In this document: piece by piece, positions 6,895 through 16,454 of the stretch | Layout of the letters: the number at the start of each line of letters is the position of its first letter | Position numbering within the stretch: the first letter of the stretch is position 1 | Assembly (NCBI GenBank): GCA_017623595.1 | Contig: JAGAOU010000044.1 | Coordinates: forward strand, 173,319 to 237,318 | Reading direction: 5' to 3' | DNA from: Clostridia bacterium | GTDB lineage: Bacteria > Bacillota > Clostridia > Oscillospirales > UBA644 | Length of the DNA stretch: 64,000 nt | Notes under the pieces: model-generated | What the model was told of the DNA's origin: nothing | What the model saw: only the letters and a program-made list of their open reading frames with translations | Databases searched by the model: none | Position numbers and translations under genes: made by a program

Positions 6895-8019
6895 TTACGC
6901 CTCCTTCTTATCTTTCTTGCGGAAGATCAAACGGTAGTTGATGAAAAACTCGCTGGCAAGAACGAAGAACAGAATGATGCCCTTCATGATCTCAGAGGCT
7001 TCGTTGTTCAATCCGTGATCGGATGCGATCTGTGATGCGCCCTTTTCCAGGAAAATCAGAAGCAACGATACGAAAATCATTACAAATGCGTTGAATTTTG
7101 CAAGCCACGCTACGATAATTGCCGTAAAGCCGCGGCCGCCCGCAATATTCGTGGAAATGGTATGGCTTGCCCCCGCAACATTAATGAAGCCTGCAATGCC
7201 ACAAATGCCGCCGGAAATAAGCATTGTGCGAAGAACGATCTTTTTCACGTTCATTCCTGCATATCGAGCGGTGTTTTCACTGTCACCCACGATGGAAATC
7301 TCGTATCCGTGTTTGCTGTTACGCAGATAGAAGAACATGCAGACCGTCAAAATCAGAACAATGGCGACGGGCAGAACATAGGGGGAAACCATACGGTTGG
7401 ATCCGATTTCCGGGAGCCAACCGCCCTTGGTGTCGGGATTAATAATACCTACACTGTTGGAGCCGAAAGGGTTTTCCCATTTAGAGACGAAGAACGCCGT
7501 CAGTTGAATGGCGATGTAGTTCATCATCAGGGTGAACAACGTTTCGTTGGTGTTCCATTTTGCTTTAAACAAGGCAGGAATCAAGCCCCAAAGAGCACCG
7601 GAAAGGGAAGATGCGACCACCATGATGATGATATTCAGCCAGAGAGGGAGTAGATCTCCCAAATAGATCATACATGCAGCCGTTGTAATGCCGCCGACCA
7701 GAATCTGCCCTTCACCGCCGATATTCCAGAACTTCATCTTGAAGGCAGGGGCCAGACCCAACGCAACGCAGAGTAGAATTGCCGTATCCTGAAGGGTGAT
7801 CCAGATGCGACGGGTGGTCCCGAAGGCACCCTTCGCCATGGAACTGTAAACGTCCAGAGGGTTAAGCTTTGTCAGCGCGAATACAAACAAAGCACAGAGA
7901 AGCAAGGCACAGATCAGCGCGATACCGCGGATGCCCCAAGCCTTCCATGGATTCAGTCCTTCCCGTTTTGCAATGCGCAGGAAGGGTTCTTTTGTTTTTG
8001 TTGTAACAGCTGCGCTCAT
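6895..8019 (-). CDS. ABC transporter permease (BMP/nucleoside-type importer, first permease)
   Basis: Polytopic membrane protein. Its start overlaps the ATPase stop by 4 nt. Confidence 0.85.
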   Translation of the reverse strand: MSAAVTTKTKEPFLRIAKREGLNPWKAWGIRGIALICALLLCALFVFALTKLNPLDVYSSMAKGAFGTTRRIWITLQDTAILLCVALGLAPAFKMKFWNIGGEGQILVGGITTAACMIYLGDLLPLWLNIIIMVVASSLSGALWGLIPALFKAKWNTNETLFTLMMNYIAIQLTAFFVSKWENPFGSNSVGIINPDTKGGWLPEIGSNRMVSPYVLPVAIVLILTVCMFFYLRNSKHGYEISIVGDSENTARYAGMNVKKIVLRTMLISGGICGIAGFINVAGASHTISTNIAGGRGFTAIIVAWLAKFNAFVMIFVSLLLIFLEKGASQIASDHGLNNEASEIMKGIILFFVLASEFFINYRLIFRKKDKKEA

Positions 8020-9596
8020 TTTGTCCCCTCCTCAATGTAGGAATCTTTTGCAATACCGGGTTTTTTGTCCTCCGTTGCACGGCTTTCTGTCAGGTTGATC
8101 GCACCGGTCATCATCAGACCGAGCTCTTCCTTTGAGGTGTTTTCCGCATTGACAATGCCCATGACCTTACCATGGCAAAGAACCATGATCTTGTCGCACA
8201 GAGAAAGCATAACGTCCAGGTCTTCACCAATGAAGAGAATACCAACATCCTTCTTTTTCTGTTCGTTCAGAATGTCATAGATAAGGTATGAAGAGTTGAT
8301 GTCCAAGCCGCGGACCGGATAAGCGGTGATAATAACGTTGGGGCCGCTTTTGATCTCTCTGCCCAGCAGTACTTTTTGTACGTTACCACCGGAGAGACGG
8401 CGAACCGGTGTTTCGGTGGAGGGGGTAACTACGCCCAGATCGTTGATGATTTTTTCTGCTTCCTGACGGCCGCGTTTACGATCCACAAAGAAGGATTTCC
8501 CTTCCGAATAGGTTTTAAGGATCATATTGTCGGTGATGGAGAGAGACGGTGCAAGCCCCATGCCGAGACGATCCTCCGGGATAAAGCTCATGGAGATGCC
8601 CTTTGCAAGAATCTGCTTCGGCGTCATAGTAGAGATGTCTTCTCCCTGATGGATCATCTTACCGCCTTCAATTTTACGCAGGCCCGCAATGGCTTCGCAC
8701 AGTTCCTTCTGTCCGCATCCCGCAATTCCTGCGACCCCTAGGATTTCACCGCCGCGAATGTAAAAATTTACGTTGTCAATGGCGATATGTCCTTCATCAT
8801 TCTTGATGGAAAGATCTCGAATCTCCAGCAGAGGCTTTTTCTTTTCCACTTGAGGACGTGCAATGTCTAAGCTGACCTTTTTGCCCACCATCATTTCGGT
8901 CAGAGATAATTCGGTTGCATCCTTTGTCTCTACCGTTCCGATGTATTCGCCGCGGCGAAGAATGGAAACGCGGTCCGAGATTTCAAGCACCTCATTCAGC
9001 TTGTGAGTAATGATAACAACTGCTTTTCCCGCTTCCCTCATGTTGCGCAGAACCTTGAACAGCTTCTCGGTTTCCTGCAGGGTCAAAACGGCCGTGGGTT
9101 CGTCAAGAATCAGGATTTCCGCTCCGTGATAGAGGACCTTAACGATCTCCAGTGTCTGTTTTTGTGAAACAGACATGTTGTAAACCTTTTGGTCCGGATC
9201 TACATCAAATCCGTATTGATCGCAGATTTCCCGAATTCGGGCAGCAGCGGCCTTCAGGCTCTCTTTTTTCTTTGCACTTCTGCCGAGCACTACGTTTTCC
9301 GTTGCTGTGAAAATGTCAACAAGCTTAAAGTGCTGATGGATCATACCGATGTTCAGATCATAGGCATCCTTGGGGGAACGGATGGAAACTTCTTTATCCT
9401 TCGCATAGATCTTTCCTGCATCGGGGAAATAGATGCCGGAGAGCATGTTCATCAGCGTTGTTTTCCCGCTTCCGTTTTCTCCCAGCAGGGACAAAATCTC
9501 TCCGTATCGGATGTCAAGACATATGTCCTTGTTTGCAACCACGGACCCAAAGGTTTTGGTTACGTTTTCCAAGCGAATGGCGCTGGAGTGTTCCAT
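8016..9596 (-). CDS. ABC transporter ATP-binding protein with duplicated ATPase domains
   Basis: Walker A GENGSGKTT, signature LSGGNVQK and Walker B ILILDEPT, in two tandem NBDs as in sugar/nucleoside CUT2 importers. Confidence 0.9.
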   Translation of the reverse strand: MEHSSAIRLENVTKTFGSVVANKDICLDIRYGEILSLLGENGSGKTTLMNMLSGIYFPDAGKIYAKDKEVSIRSPKDAYDLNIGMIHQHFKLVDIFTATENVVLGRSAKKKESLKAAAARIREICDQYGFDVDPDQKVYNMSVSQKQTLEIVKVLYHGAEILILDEPTAVLTLQETEKLFKVLRNMREAGKAVVIITHKLNEVLEISDRVSILRRGEYIGTVETKDATELSLTEMMVGKKVSLDIARPQVEKKKPLLEIRDLSIKNDEGHIAIDNVNFYIRGGEILGVAGIAGCGQKELCEAIAGLRKIEGGKMIHQGEDISTMTPKQILAKGISMSFIPEDRLGMGLAPSLSITDNMILKTYSEGKSFFVDRKRGRQEAEKIINDLGVVTPSTETPVRRLSGGNVQKVLLGREIKSGPNVIITAYPVRGLDINSSYLIYDILNEQKKKDVGILFIGEDLDVMLSLCDKIMVLCHGKVMGIVNAENTSKEELGLMMTGAINLTESRATEDKKPGIAKDSYIEEGTK

Positions 9597-9748
9597 GGGC
9601 AGATCTCCTTTGTTTAAAATTCCCGTAAAGGGGAGGAATGTTATTTTGGGGCCAAAGCAGACGGGGACTCCGTCCTTTTTGACGTATATGAAAATCGGAA
9701 AAAGGGAAGCCCCGGAGGGGACCTCCCTTTTATTCCGTAAAAAACCTA

Positions 9749-11008
9749 TCAGGATTCAGACTTCATGTGTTCAACGATGCCGTCGATGCGCAGCGCAAAG
9801 TAGGGAGCACTGCGGAATTCGTCAGCGTTGGATTCGTCGATATAACCGTCCTTGACAACGTTGGTTTCGCCGGTGAAGTCGCCGTCGATGTCTGCCAGGT
9901 ATTCGGTAACTTTACCGTTTGCGTCAACCTTGACACCGTCAGCAGCCTGAGCGGTGAAGGTGTTCAGATCGAAGACCTTCAGAGTGCCGTTCTTCAGAGC
10001 GGCTTCCACTTCGGCAACCTTTTCGGCCGTGCCGGCAGCGCAGGCAGTACCGAGGGCAGTGATGCCAACAGCGCCGTCGGAGTAACCCTTCGCCCAGTTG
10101 GTTGCGATCTTTTCGCCCTTCAGAGCCTGACCGATGGCATAGGTGTAGTAAACAGACCAGTCATTGGTGGCAGAGGTCAGAGCGGCGTCGGGAGCGACTG
10201 CCAGCATGTCGATGTTGTAACCCACACAGTAGACAACGGTGCCTTCCTTATTCTTGGCCTGAACGGCAGAGGGAGCACCGGTGGAGTCAGCGTGCTGAGA
10301 GATGATAACGCAACCGTCAGCAATGAAAGCTTCGGCAGCAGCGCCTTCATCGGGAATGGAGAACCAGGAGTTGGTGTAGGAAACGTCCATAACAACGTCA
10401 GCATAAACAGACTTAATGCCCAGGTAGAAAGCGGTGTAACCGGAAACCACTTCAGCGTAGGGGAAAGCACCGACGTAGCCGATCTTAACCTTGCCGTCTC
10501 TGTAGTTCTTGTCGGTCAGCTTGTTGCCTTCGACCAATTCTTTGATCTTCATACCGGCAACAACACCGGAAACATAACGGGATTCATAGGTGTCATTGAA
10601 TGCGTTGGAGAAATTGTCCAGGTTTGCAGTCTTTGCAGTGTCACCGGTGACGGCAACAAAATTGACTTCGGGGTTTTCCTGAGCAGCCTTGAGCATGTGG
10701 CTCTGATGGCCATAGGAGTTGGAGAAGATGTAGGTGCAGCCCTGTTCGACCAGGTCGATAGCAGCGTTGTAAGCCTTTTCGTCTTCACCCACGGTGTACT
10801 TCCAGATCACTTCGATCTTGTCTTCGCCCAGAGCTTTTACAGCGTCTTTGATCCCCTTGATGTGAGCGAAGGTGTATCCTTCGTTTTCATCACCGATGAG
10901 GATAGCGCCGATCTTCAGCTTGCCGCCGTCGGTATCACCGCCGCCGCAGCCGACCAAAAGGGCAGTTGCCATGCAAAGGACCAGGAGAAGCGCAAAAATC
11001 TTTTTCAT
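9749..11008 (-). CDS. BMP family (Med/PnrA-like) ABC substrate-binding lipoprotein
   Basis: ATG at 11008 follows GGAGGA. Signal peptide with lipobox LLVGC. The body resembles basic-membrane-protein purine-nucleoside binders. Confidence 0.85.
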   Translation of the reverse strand: MKKIFALLLVLCMATALLVGCGGGDTDGGKLKIGAILIGDENEGYTFAHIKGIKDAVKALGEDKIEVIWKYTVGEDEKAYNAAIDLVEQGCTYIFSNSYGHQSHMLKAAQENPEVNFVAVTGDTAKTANLDNFSNAFNDTYESRYVSGVVAGMKIKELVEGNKLTDKNYRDGKVKIGYVGAFPYAEVVSGYTAFYLGIKSVYADVVMDVSYTNSWFSIPDEGAAAEAFIADGCVIISQHADSTGAPSAVQAKNKEGTVVYCVGYNIDMLAVAPDAALTSATNDWSVYYTYAIGQALKGEKIATNWAKGYSDGAVGITALGTACAAGTAEKVAEVEAALKNGTLKVFDLNTFTAQAADGVKVDANGKVTEYLADIDGDFTGETNVVKDGYIDESNADEFRSAPYFALRIDGIVEHMKSES

Positions 11009-11075
11009 TTTTTTTCCTCCTTGCTTTTTCAAGCAAAATTTTTCTATATGTAAATTTTTTACATATCAAGGTAAA

Positions 11076-11657
11076 TCATTTGCTCTGAGTGCGGAATATT
11101 ACATCCGTGTCTGTCATTTCGTCGATGATCGCCATGGATTCTACGCGGATTCCCTTGGCACGCAGGCTGTCGCCGCCACCCTGGAAGCCCTTTTCAATGG
11201 CCACTGCCATGCCGACGACCTCGGCTTTGGCTTGTCCGACAATATCCATCAGCCCGTTCAGGGCGTTGCCCACAGCAAGAAAATCGTCAACGATCAGAAC
11301 CCGTTCTCCTTCATGAAGATATTCCTTGCTGATGTAGACCGTGTAATCTCTGTTGTGTGTAAAGGAGTGGACAATGGCGGAGTAGAGGTCGGAAGAGAGG
11401 TTGGAGGACTTGTGTTTCTTTGCGTAGACAACGGGCACGTGCATGATTGCCGCCGCCGCGAAGGCCACCGCAACCCCGGAGGTTTCAATGGTAACGATCT
11501 TGTCGATGCGCTCCCCGTTGTAAAGCTCTGCAATTTCCCGTCCGACTTCCATCAGAAAGTCAGTGTCAAGTTGGTGGTTAAGAAAACTTCCCACCTTCAA
11601 AATGTTACCCGGGAAAACCTTGCCTTCGTTCAAGATCTTTTTTTCCATAGCCTTCAT
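11076..11657 (-). CDS. xpt: Xanthine phosphoribosyltransferase
   Basis: Strong by-eye similarity to B. subtilis Xpt (ILKVGSFLNHQ..., VTIETSGVA, VLIVDDFLAVGNA). The start at 11657 has the best spacing from GGGAGGA; 11663 and 11648 are alternatives. Confidence 0.9.
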   Translation of the reverse strand: MKAMEKKILNEGKVFPGNILKVGSFLNHQLDTDFLMEVGREIAELYNGERIDKIVTIETSGVAVAFAAAAIMHVPVVYAKKHKSSNLSSDLYSAIVHSFTHNRDYTVYISKEYLHEGERVLIVDDFLAVGNALNGLMDIVGQAKAEVVGMAVAIEKGFQGGGDSLRAKGIRVESMAIIDEMTDTDVIFRTQSK

Positions 11658-11694
11658 AGGCATATCCTCCCTACTTTGACAAACTATGATATCT

Positions 11695-11724
11695 ATTATA
11701 GCATATTTAATTGTTTTTTGTCAA
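11695..11724 (-). promoter_or_regulatory. Sigma-A-type promoter (extended -10) for xpt and the ABC importer
   Basis: On the minus strand: TTGACA (11724-11719), 18-nt spacer, TGcTATAAT (-10 at 11700-11695). The leader is only about 30 nt, which leaves no room for a purine riboswitch. Confidence 0.55.
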
Positions 11725-11838
11725 CGGATGTTTCACACAGTTAATAAAAATGTTAATTTAAAGACGATTCTTTTTTGCTCTTTTTTTTGAATCCTTTATC
11801 TGTTTCGAAAATGTCACAAATTCCGATTCTCTCGACCC

Positions 11839-11867
11839 TTGACAAAATCTTCGTTTTGCGTTATAGT
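11839..11867 (+). promoter_or_regulatory. Sigma-A-type promoter for the GLUG/metallophosphoesterase gene
   Basis: TTGACA (11839-11844), 17-nt spacer, TATAGT (11862-11867). The track's TTG start at 11839 is this -35 box. Confidence 0.55.
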
Positions 11868-11898
11868 AAATAATAAAGTAAGCCCTTGGAGGTTTTTG

Positions 11899-14556
11899 AT
11901 GAAACAGATTCTTTCCTTTATGATTGCCATCGTTTTGATTGCGTCGGTGTGCCCCGTTTCTTTTTCTGCGGCGGGGGAGATTGAGATCTCCAATGCATCG
12001 GAGCTGAGACGAATCGGCGTCGATCCGGCGTTGCCCTTAGGCGGAAACTATAAACTGACTGCGGACATTGATCTTTCGGGGACGCAATGGTTCCCAATCG
12101 GCAATTCCGACGGATCGGAAACCTTGCCTTTTACCGGTTCCTTTGACGGACAGGGGCATGTTATTTCCGGATTGGTATCGGGCGGAAAGAGGCCCTTTGC
12201 CCAGGAGGATGACGGTTGGGGTTTGTTTGCCTCTTTGAACAATGCCACCGTGAAAAATCTGATTCTCAAGGACGTTTCCTTTTATGTTTATGCGCAATAT
12301 GATCTTGCTGATGGTGTCCCAGAGGGGTATAACGGTGTTGGGGCCATTGCGGGATATGCAAACGGAAGCACCAAGATCGAAAATATTTCCGTCGTCGATG
12401 CGACCTTGATTGATATCGGTTCCCGCCAGACCCGCATCGGTGGTATTGTGGGATCTGTAAACGGCAGTGCGGTCTCCGTTCGCAATTGTCTGTTCTCCGG
12501 CAGTGTGCGCGGCGCTTTTGGCTATCAGAAAACCATTGACTACATGAATTACCAATGCTCTGCCGCAGGAATTGTGGGGAATGCTACCTCCGCCTGCAAT
12601 ATCGAAAATTGTCTCGTTGTCGGAGATGTTTCCGTGGCGGACGGTTACGGCTATGCCCATCCCGTTGCATCGTGTTGTACCCAGCCTGAGGTTGCGGCAA
12701 ACCTGCGTAATTGTTACTATTTCAAAGAGCCCGATTTGGGTTTTTGCGGGACAAGATCTGTCGATCGGGGCGGTTGCCTTTCCCTTTATACGGAGGAGTT
12801 GTATAACGGCACCTTTGATAAGCTTGGTGCCGATTGGACCGTTAAAGAAAATCAAATTCCTTATCCTACCGCCGCCCCTGTGGCCCTAAATGCCATGACT
12901 TTTACAGATGGAAAGACCGCATTGGAGGATGCGTTGAAGGATTTTTACCCCTCCAATTATACCACAGCCGAGGATTTGGTGCGGTATGCTCAATCGGTTC
13001 TTCATGGCGTGTTTGAGGTGAAAATCGGAGGTGAGATTACGGTAACAAAATCCACCGATCAGGATGGTCTCCTGCGGGGATCGCTTATCCTTTCGAGTGG
13101 GGGGGAGACCGCAGCGATATCCGTGGATCGCGTCATTGAAGCCCTGCCCGAGATGACCTATGAGTTTTCTTCTCAGGTGAAAGGGCTTGCCCACGGAACG
13201 ATTACATTGCGGTTTGCCGTAAAAAACGAGCGCACATACACACTTCGTTGGGGAACCGCTGAAGGGCCGATTGCCGGATATACTCCCGTAGATGTATTCA
13301 AGAATCAAGGGAAGACCGTACATTCCGTGTTCCGTCGCAATGATCTGATTCCCATGGGTGTTACTCATCTTTGGCTTTGTGATGGGGATACCCTTGTTCT
13401 GCCCCTTGCTCTTCCCTCCGAGCGCCTTTTGCCTGCAGGGGATGCTAAATATGTGTTCGGGGTTGTTTCCGATATGCATTTGGACAATGATACCAATACC
13501 AAGGCTGTGGATACCGTTTTGAAGCAGTTTGCTGCCGATAAAGTGGATTTTGTTGCGTCCTTGGGGGACAACACCACTAACAATAAGGTAGAACAATTGG
13601 GAAATTGGAAGCAGCTGAAGCTGAAATATCCCTCCCTGTCCGTCTATTCCACTTTGGGAAATCATGATATCCTGCCTCGTCATACCGCAGGGGGAATCGG
13701 GAAGTATGATGAGTCAAAGTACAGTTCCTTCGTGACCGCTTCTCTCAATCGTTTTAAGCAATATTTTGAAAATACGGAGGATTATGACTATACTCTGGAA
13801 CAAGGCGATGATCTGATCATTTTCCTTGGCCTCGGAAAAGCGGATGAAATCACGGAATCTGCCACGAAAGGCGGTCAGGCTCTCGGGAAGGCACAGTTGG
13901 ATTGGCTGGACGAAACACTGGATCAGTATTACAATAAAGACAAAAAGACCGGTCATGTCTTTCTGATGTTCCATTATTACACTCGCGGAACGATTGACAC
14001 AGTTACCACCGCCTCTGCTCTTCAGGAAGGCTCTTCCAAAAAACTGGAAGCGGTGCTTGCAAAATACAAGGATCGCGGTTTGATTTACTTCAGCGGACAT
14101 AATCATTATTCCTTTGACGTCGGCATGAATATTTTCGACAGTCGACCGGGATATACTATGGTTCACTGTCCTTCTGCCAGCCGTTCCACTTCTTTGAATG
14201 ATGCGGGGCACAATATGGGACGTGAGGGCTTTTATGTGGAGGTGTATGATAACTTTGTTCTTGTGAAAGGGTACAACTTCCTTCGCAAGGAGGTCCAGAC
14301 AAATGCGCTCTATATGCTCTCTGTTAAGGATTCGATGACACTGACCGATGCCGCAGAATCGGTTACGGTTGGGGGTGCGGAAGGAACAACGCCTCCCGTC
14401 TCCGACCATCCCGCAGGGGAGACCAATGTTTCGGGAAATAATGCCCCTCAGAATGAGCAAAATTCTTCGGTTGTCCTTTGGATTCTGGTGGGCGGACTTG
14501 TGATTTTGGCTGCAGGGGGCGCCCTTCTTGTAATTCTTATGAAAAAGAAAAAATAA
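11899..14556 (+). CDS. Large secreted, C-terminally anchored protein: signal peptide, GLUG-motif beta-helix region, middle domain, calcineurin-like metallophosphoesterase, TM anchor
   Basis: ATG at 11899 follows GGAGG. Signal peptide ends ...VSFSA. Repeated G(A/I)(A/V)G...N(I/L)xN segments (GAIAGYANGS, GGIVGSVNGS, AAGIVGNATS). Phosphoesterase motifs VVSDMHLD, SLGDNTTN, GNHD, GHNH. C-terminal TM segment plus KKKK. Confidence 0.75.
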   Translation: MKQILSFMIAIVLIASVCPVSFSAAGEIEISNASELRRIGVDPALPLGGNYKLTADIDLSGTQWFPIGNSDGSETLPFTGSFDGQGHVISGLVSGGKRPFAQEDDGWGLFASLNNATVKNLILKDVSFYVYAQYDLADGVPEGYNGVGAIAGYANGSTKIENISVVDATLIDIGSRQTRIGGIVGSVNGSAVSVRNCLFSGSVRGAFGYQKTIDYMNYQCSAAGIVGNATSACNIENCLVVGDVSVADGYGYAHPVASCCTQPEVAANLRNCYYFKEPDLGFCGTRSVDRGGCLSLYTEELYNGTFDKLGADWTVKENQIPYPTAAPVALNAMTFTDGKTALEDALKDFYPSNYTTAEDLVRYAQSVLHGVFEVKIGGEITVTKSTDQDGLLRGSLILSSGGETAAISVDRVIEALPEMTYEFSSQVKGLAHGTITLRFAVKNERTYTLRWGTAEGPIAGYTPVDVFKNQGKTVHSVFRRNDLIPMGVTHLWLCDGDTLVLPLALPSERLLPAGDAKYVFGVVSDMHLDNDTNTKAVDTVLKQFAADKVDFVASLGDNTTNNKVEQLGNWKQLKLKYPSLSVYSTLGNHDILPRHTAGGIGKYDESKYSSFVTASLNRFKQYFENTEDYDYTLEQGDDLIIFLGLGKADEITESATKGGQALGKAQLDWLDETLDQYYNKDKKTGHVFLMFHYYTRGTIDTVTTASALQEGSSKKLEAVLAKYKDRGLIYFSGHNHYSFDVGMNIFDSRPGYTMVHCPSASRSTSLNDAGHNMGREGFYVEVYDNFVLVKGYNFLRKEVQTNALYMLSVKDSMTLTDAAESVTVGGAEGTTPPVSDHPAGETNVSGNNAPQNEQNSSVVLWILVGGLVILAAGGALLVILMKKKK

Positions 14557-14573
14557 TCAGACTGCAATAAAGA

Positions 14574-14610
14574 TTGCCCGTCACGGATTCTGTGACGGGC
14601 AAATTTCTTT
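14574..14610. terminator. Bidirectional terminator between convergent genes
   Basis: TTGCCCGTCAC-7 nt-GTGACGGGCAA, an 11-bp stem followed by a T-rich tract. Confidence 0.7.
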
Positions 14611-14613
14611 ATC

Positions 14614-16260
14614 TCATTTTTTCAGAAGTTCCTTCAGGGAGGTGAACGCCTTCTCTTCGAAGGGGGTTGGCAGTCCTGCATTTTTCAGAGTGCCTCTAAA
14701 ATCGCTGTCTTCACCGATTTCTTCCACCAGCTTGCGGTAGATCTCCATCGCGCTTTTGTAGTCCTGTTCACAAATGCCGTAGAGGTTCAGCACCGCAATT
14801 GCAGAGGTTGCATAACTGATGTAATAGACCGGGCTTGTCAGGCAAACTTCCTTCCAGTACAATAACAGAACCTCTTTTGCTTCCTCTGAAAGATTATACT
14901 GCTCAAGCACCTTTTTCATGAGGTCATCATATTGTTCTGTGGTGAATCGGGAACTGTTTGGGTTGTTGTAAACCATTTCTTCGAAATGGTCGATGACGGT
15001 TGACAATATGATGGAGTTGACGAATTCGTATATCGTATAATTCACCAGTGCTTCATGAACCTCGGGATCCAGGCGGGTTTCCAGATGCTTCATGAGCAGC
15101 ATTTCGTTTCCCTGGGAATGGGTTTCCGCAATGTCAAAAGATAATTCCTGATCTTCTTCCAAGTGAAGCTCTGCGTAATAATGTCCCAGCTCGTGGGCAA
15201 CGGTGAATGTGGTTTGGTAAACACCGGGGCCGAAATAGCAGAAGGGGTCCTCCAATGTGATGGTAAATGCGCCTGCGTTGGAATCTTCCCAGCTTGCACA
15301 GATGAAGTTGTGATGCTCAAACATATGCATCATCCCTTCCTTTGTGCTGCCCGTAAGGGAGTTGAGATACCCCATCAGATAACTGTCGTCCAACTCGTCA
15401 TAAGCCATGGTGTCGATCAGGCGGGAGAGTTGGGACTGCTGAACATAGGTCAGCTTGTCCATAGACTGGGCGAATGCATCTCCAGATTCGCTCAACAAAG
15501 GAATTACGTACCGGTTTACATAGCTTCGGAAGGCTTCTCTCTGTTCTTTTCCGTAATCTCTGTGGTACATGTTTTCGGTTGCGTAATCGTAGAAATTATC
15601 AAAATCCGCCGTCTTTGCAACGTCATTTCCCATTTTAATATAGGAATTATAAAGTTTGTCAATCTTTGTGCGGTCCTCATATTCGGGATTTGTGTAGAAG
15701 TCCGTGGTGATCTGGGATTTCAGAACTCCCAGCTCGGTTTCCTTTTCCCGTTGCTTCACCAGCCGATCCAGTTCGTCCGGTGTCATTCCGTCGAAGTATT
15801 CATCCTTATAAGGCGGATTTGCATTGTAGATTTCTTCTTCCAGTTCCACCAGTGCTTTGTATGCGGCGCCAAGTGTTTCTTTTGCAAAAAGATAATTCTG
15901 CATCGCAGTTTTGTCCGATTGATGGCAATAATATAAAACCTCCGCAACCCCGGACTGTATCATGATAAAATCAAATTTCTCTTCCAGAGGCTTCATTTCC
16001 GCTTCTGCTGCATCATTCGTCTCCGCTGTTAGCATTTTCTCCTTGACGGAGGGAATCATCGCTTTCAGATCGGTCAGATCCTGTTCTGTCAAGGTGAATT
16101 TCAGCGGTGTGTCTTCGGGCAGAATATCTTCGATGGAGAGTTCTTTGTTTGTCTCCTCTGTTCCTTCGGTGGTGTTGTCCGTGCCGACACAACCGCTGAA
16201 GAGCGATAAGGTCATGCACAGAAGCAGGAACAAGGATAACAAGCGTTTTGACAGTTTCAT
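14614..16260 (-). CDS. M3 family oligoendopeptidase (PepF-like) lipoprotein
   Basis: ATG at 16260 follows GGAGGG. The longer track ORF would run into tRNA-Arg. Lipobox LFSGC and zinc motif HELGH. Confidence 0.8.
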   Translation of the reverse strand: MKLSKRLLSLFLLLCMTLSLFSGCVGTDNTTEGTEETNKELSIEDILPEDTPLKFTLTEQDLTDLKAMIPSVKEKMLTAETNDAAEAEMKPLEEKFDFIMIQSGVAEVLYYCHQSDKTAMQNYLFAKETLGAAYKALVELEEEIYNANPPYKDEYFDGMTPDELDRLVKQREKETELGVLKSQITTDFYTNPEYEDRTKIDKLYNSYIKMGNDVAKTADFDNFYDYATENMYHRDYGKEQREAFRSYVNRYVIPLLSESGDAFAQSMDKLTYVQQSQLSRLIDTMAYDELDDSYLMGYLNSLTGSTKEGMMHMFEHHNFICASWEDSNAGAFTITLEDPFCYFGPGVYQTTFTVAHELGHYYAELHLEEDQELSFDIAETHSQGNEMLLMKHLETRLDPEVHEALVNYTIYEFVNSIILSTVIDHFEEMVYNNPNSSRFTTEQYDDLMKKVLEQYNLSEEAKEVLLLYWKEVCLTSPVYYISYATSAIAVLNLYGICEQDYKSAMEIYRKLVEEIGEDSDFRGTLKNAGLPTPFEEKAFTSLKELLKK

Positions 16261-16303
16261 AGGGACCCTCCTTTTGATAATAAAAAATCTTGGTAATTCA
16301 GTC

Positions 16304-16330
16304 AAAAATACCCCGGATCTTCTCCGGGGT
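16304..16330 (-). terminator. Intrinsic terminator after tRNA-Arg
   Basis: On the minus strand: CCCCGGA-gaaga-TCCGGGG followed by TATTTTT. Confidence 0.6.
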
Positions 16331-16332
16331 GC

Positions 16333-16407
16333 TGGCACCCCCAACAGGAATCGAACCTGTAACTAGCCCTTAGGAGGGGCTTGTTATATCCATTTAACTA
16401 TGGGGGC
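16333..16407 (-). tRNA. tRNA-Arg (anticodon CCT), CCA encoded
   Basis: The reverse complement GCCCCCATAGTTAAATGGATATAACAAGCCCCTCCTAAGGGCTAGTTACAGGTTCGATTCCTGTTGGGGGTGCCA folds by hand into a cloverleaf. Anticodon loop is CT-CCT-AA. Confidence 0.95.
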
Positions 16408-16454
16408 ATATAACGGGTTGCGCCTTTGTACGGAGCAACCCGTCGGTCATTTGA

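Noticed and set aside
9767-11053. 428-aa ORF antisense to the BMP substrate-binding gene
   Set aside because: The opposite strand carries a clear lipoprotein gene with Shine-Dalgarno and lipobox. The antisense product is repetitive and G/V/S-rich, so it is a codon-bias artefact.
11658-11760. Expected guanine/purine riboswitch upstream of xpt
   Set aside because: The promoter lies about 30 nt from the start codon and no conserved riboswitch junction sequence is visible. The absence is discussed in the findings rather than reported as a feature.
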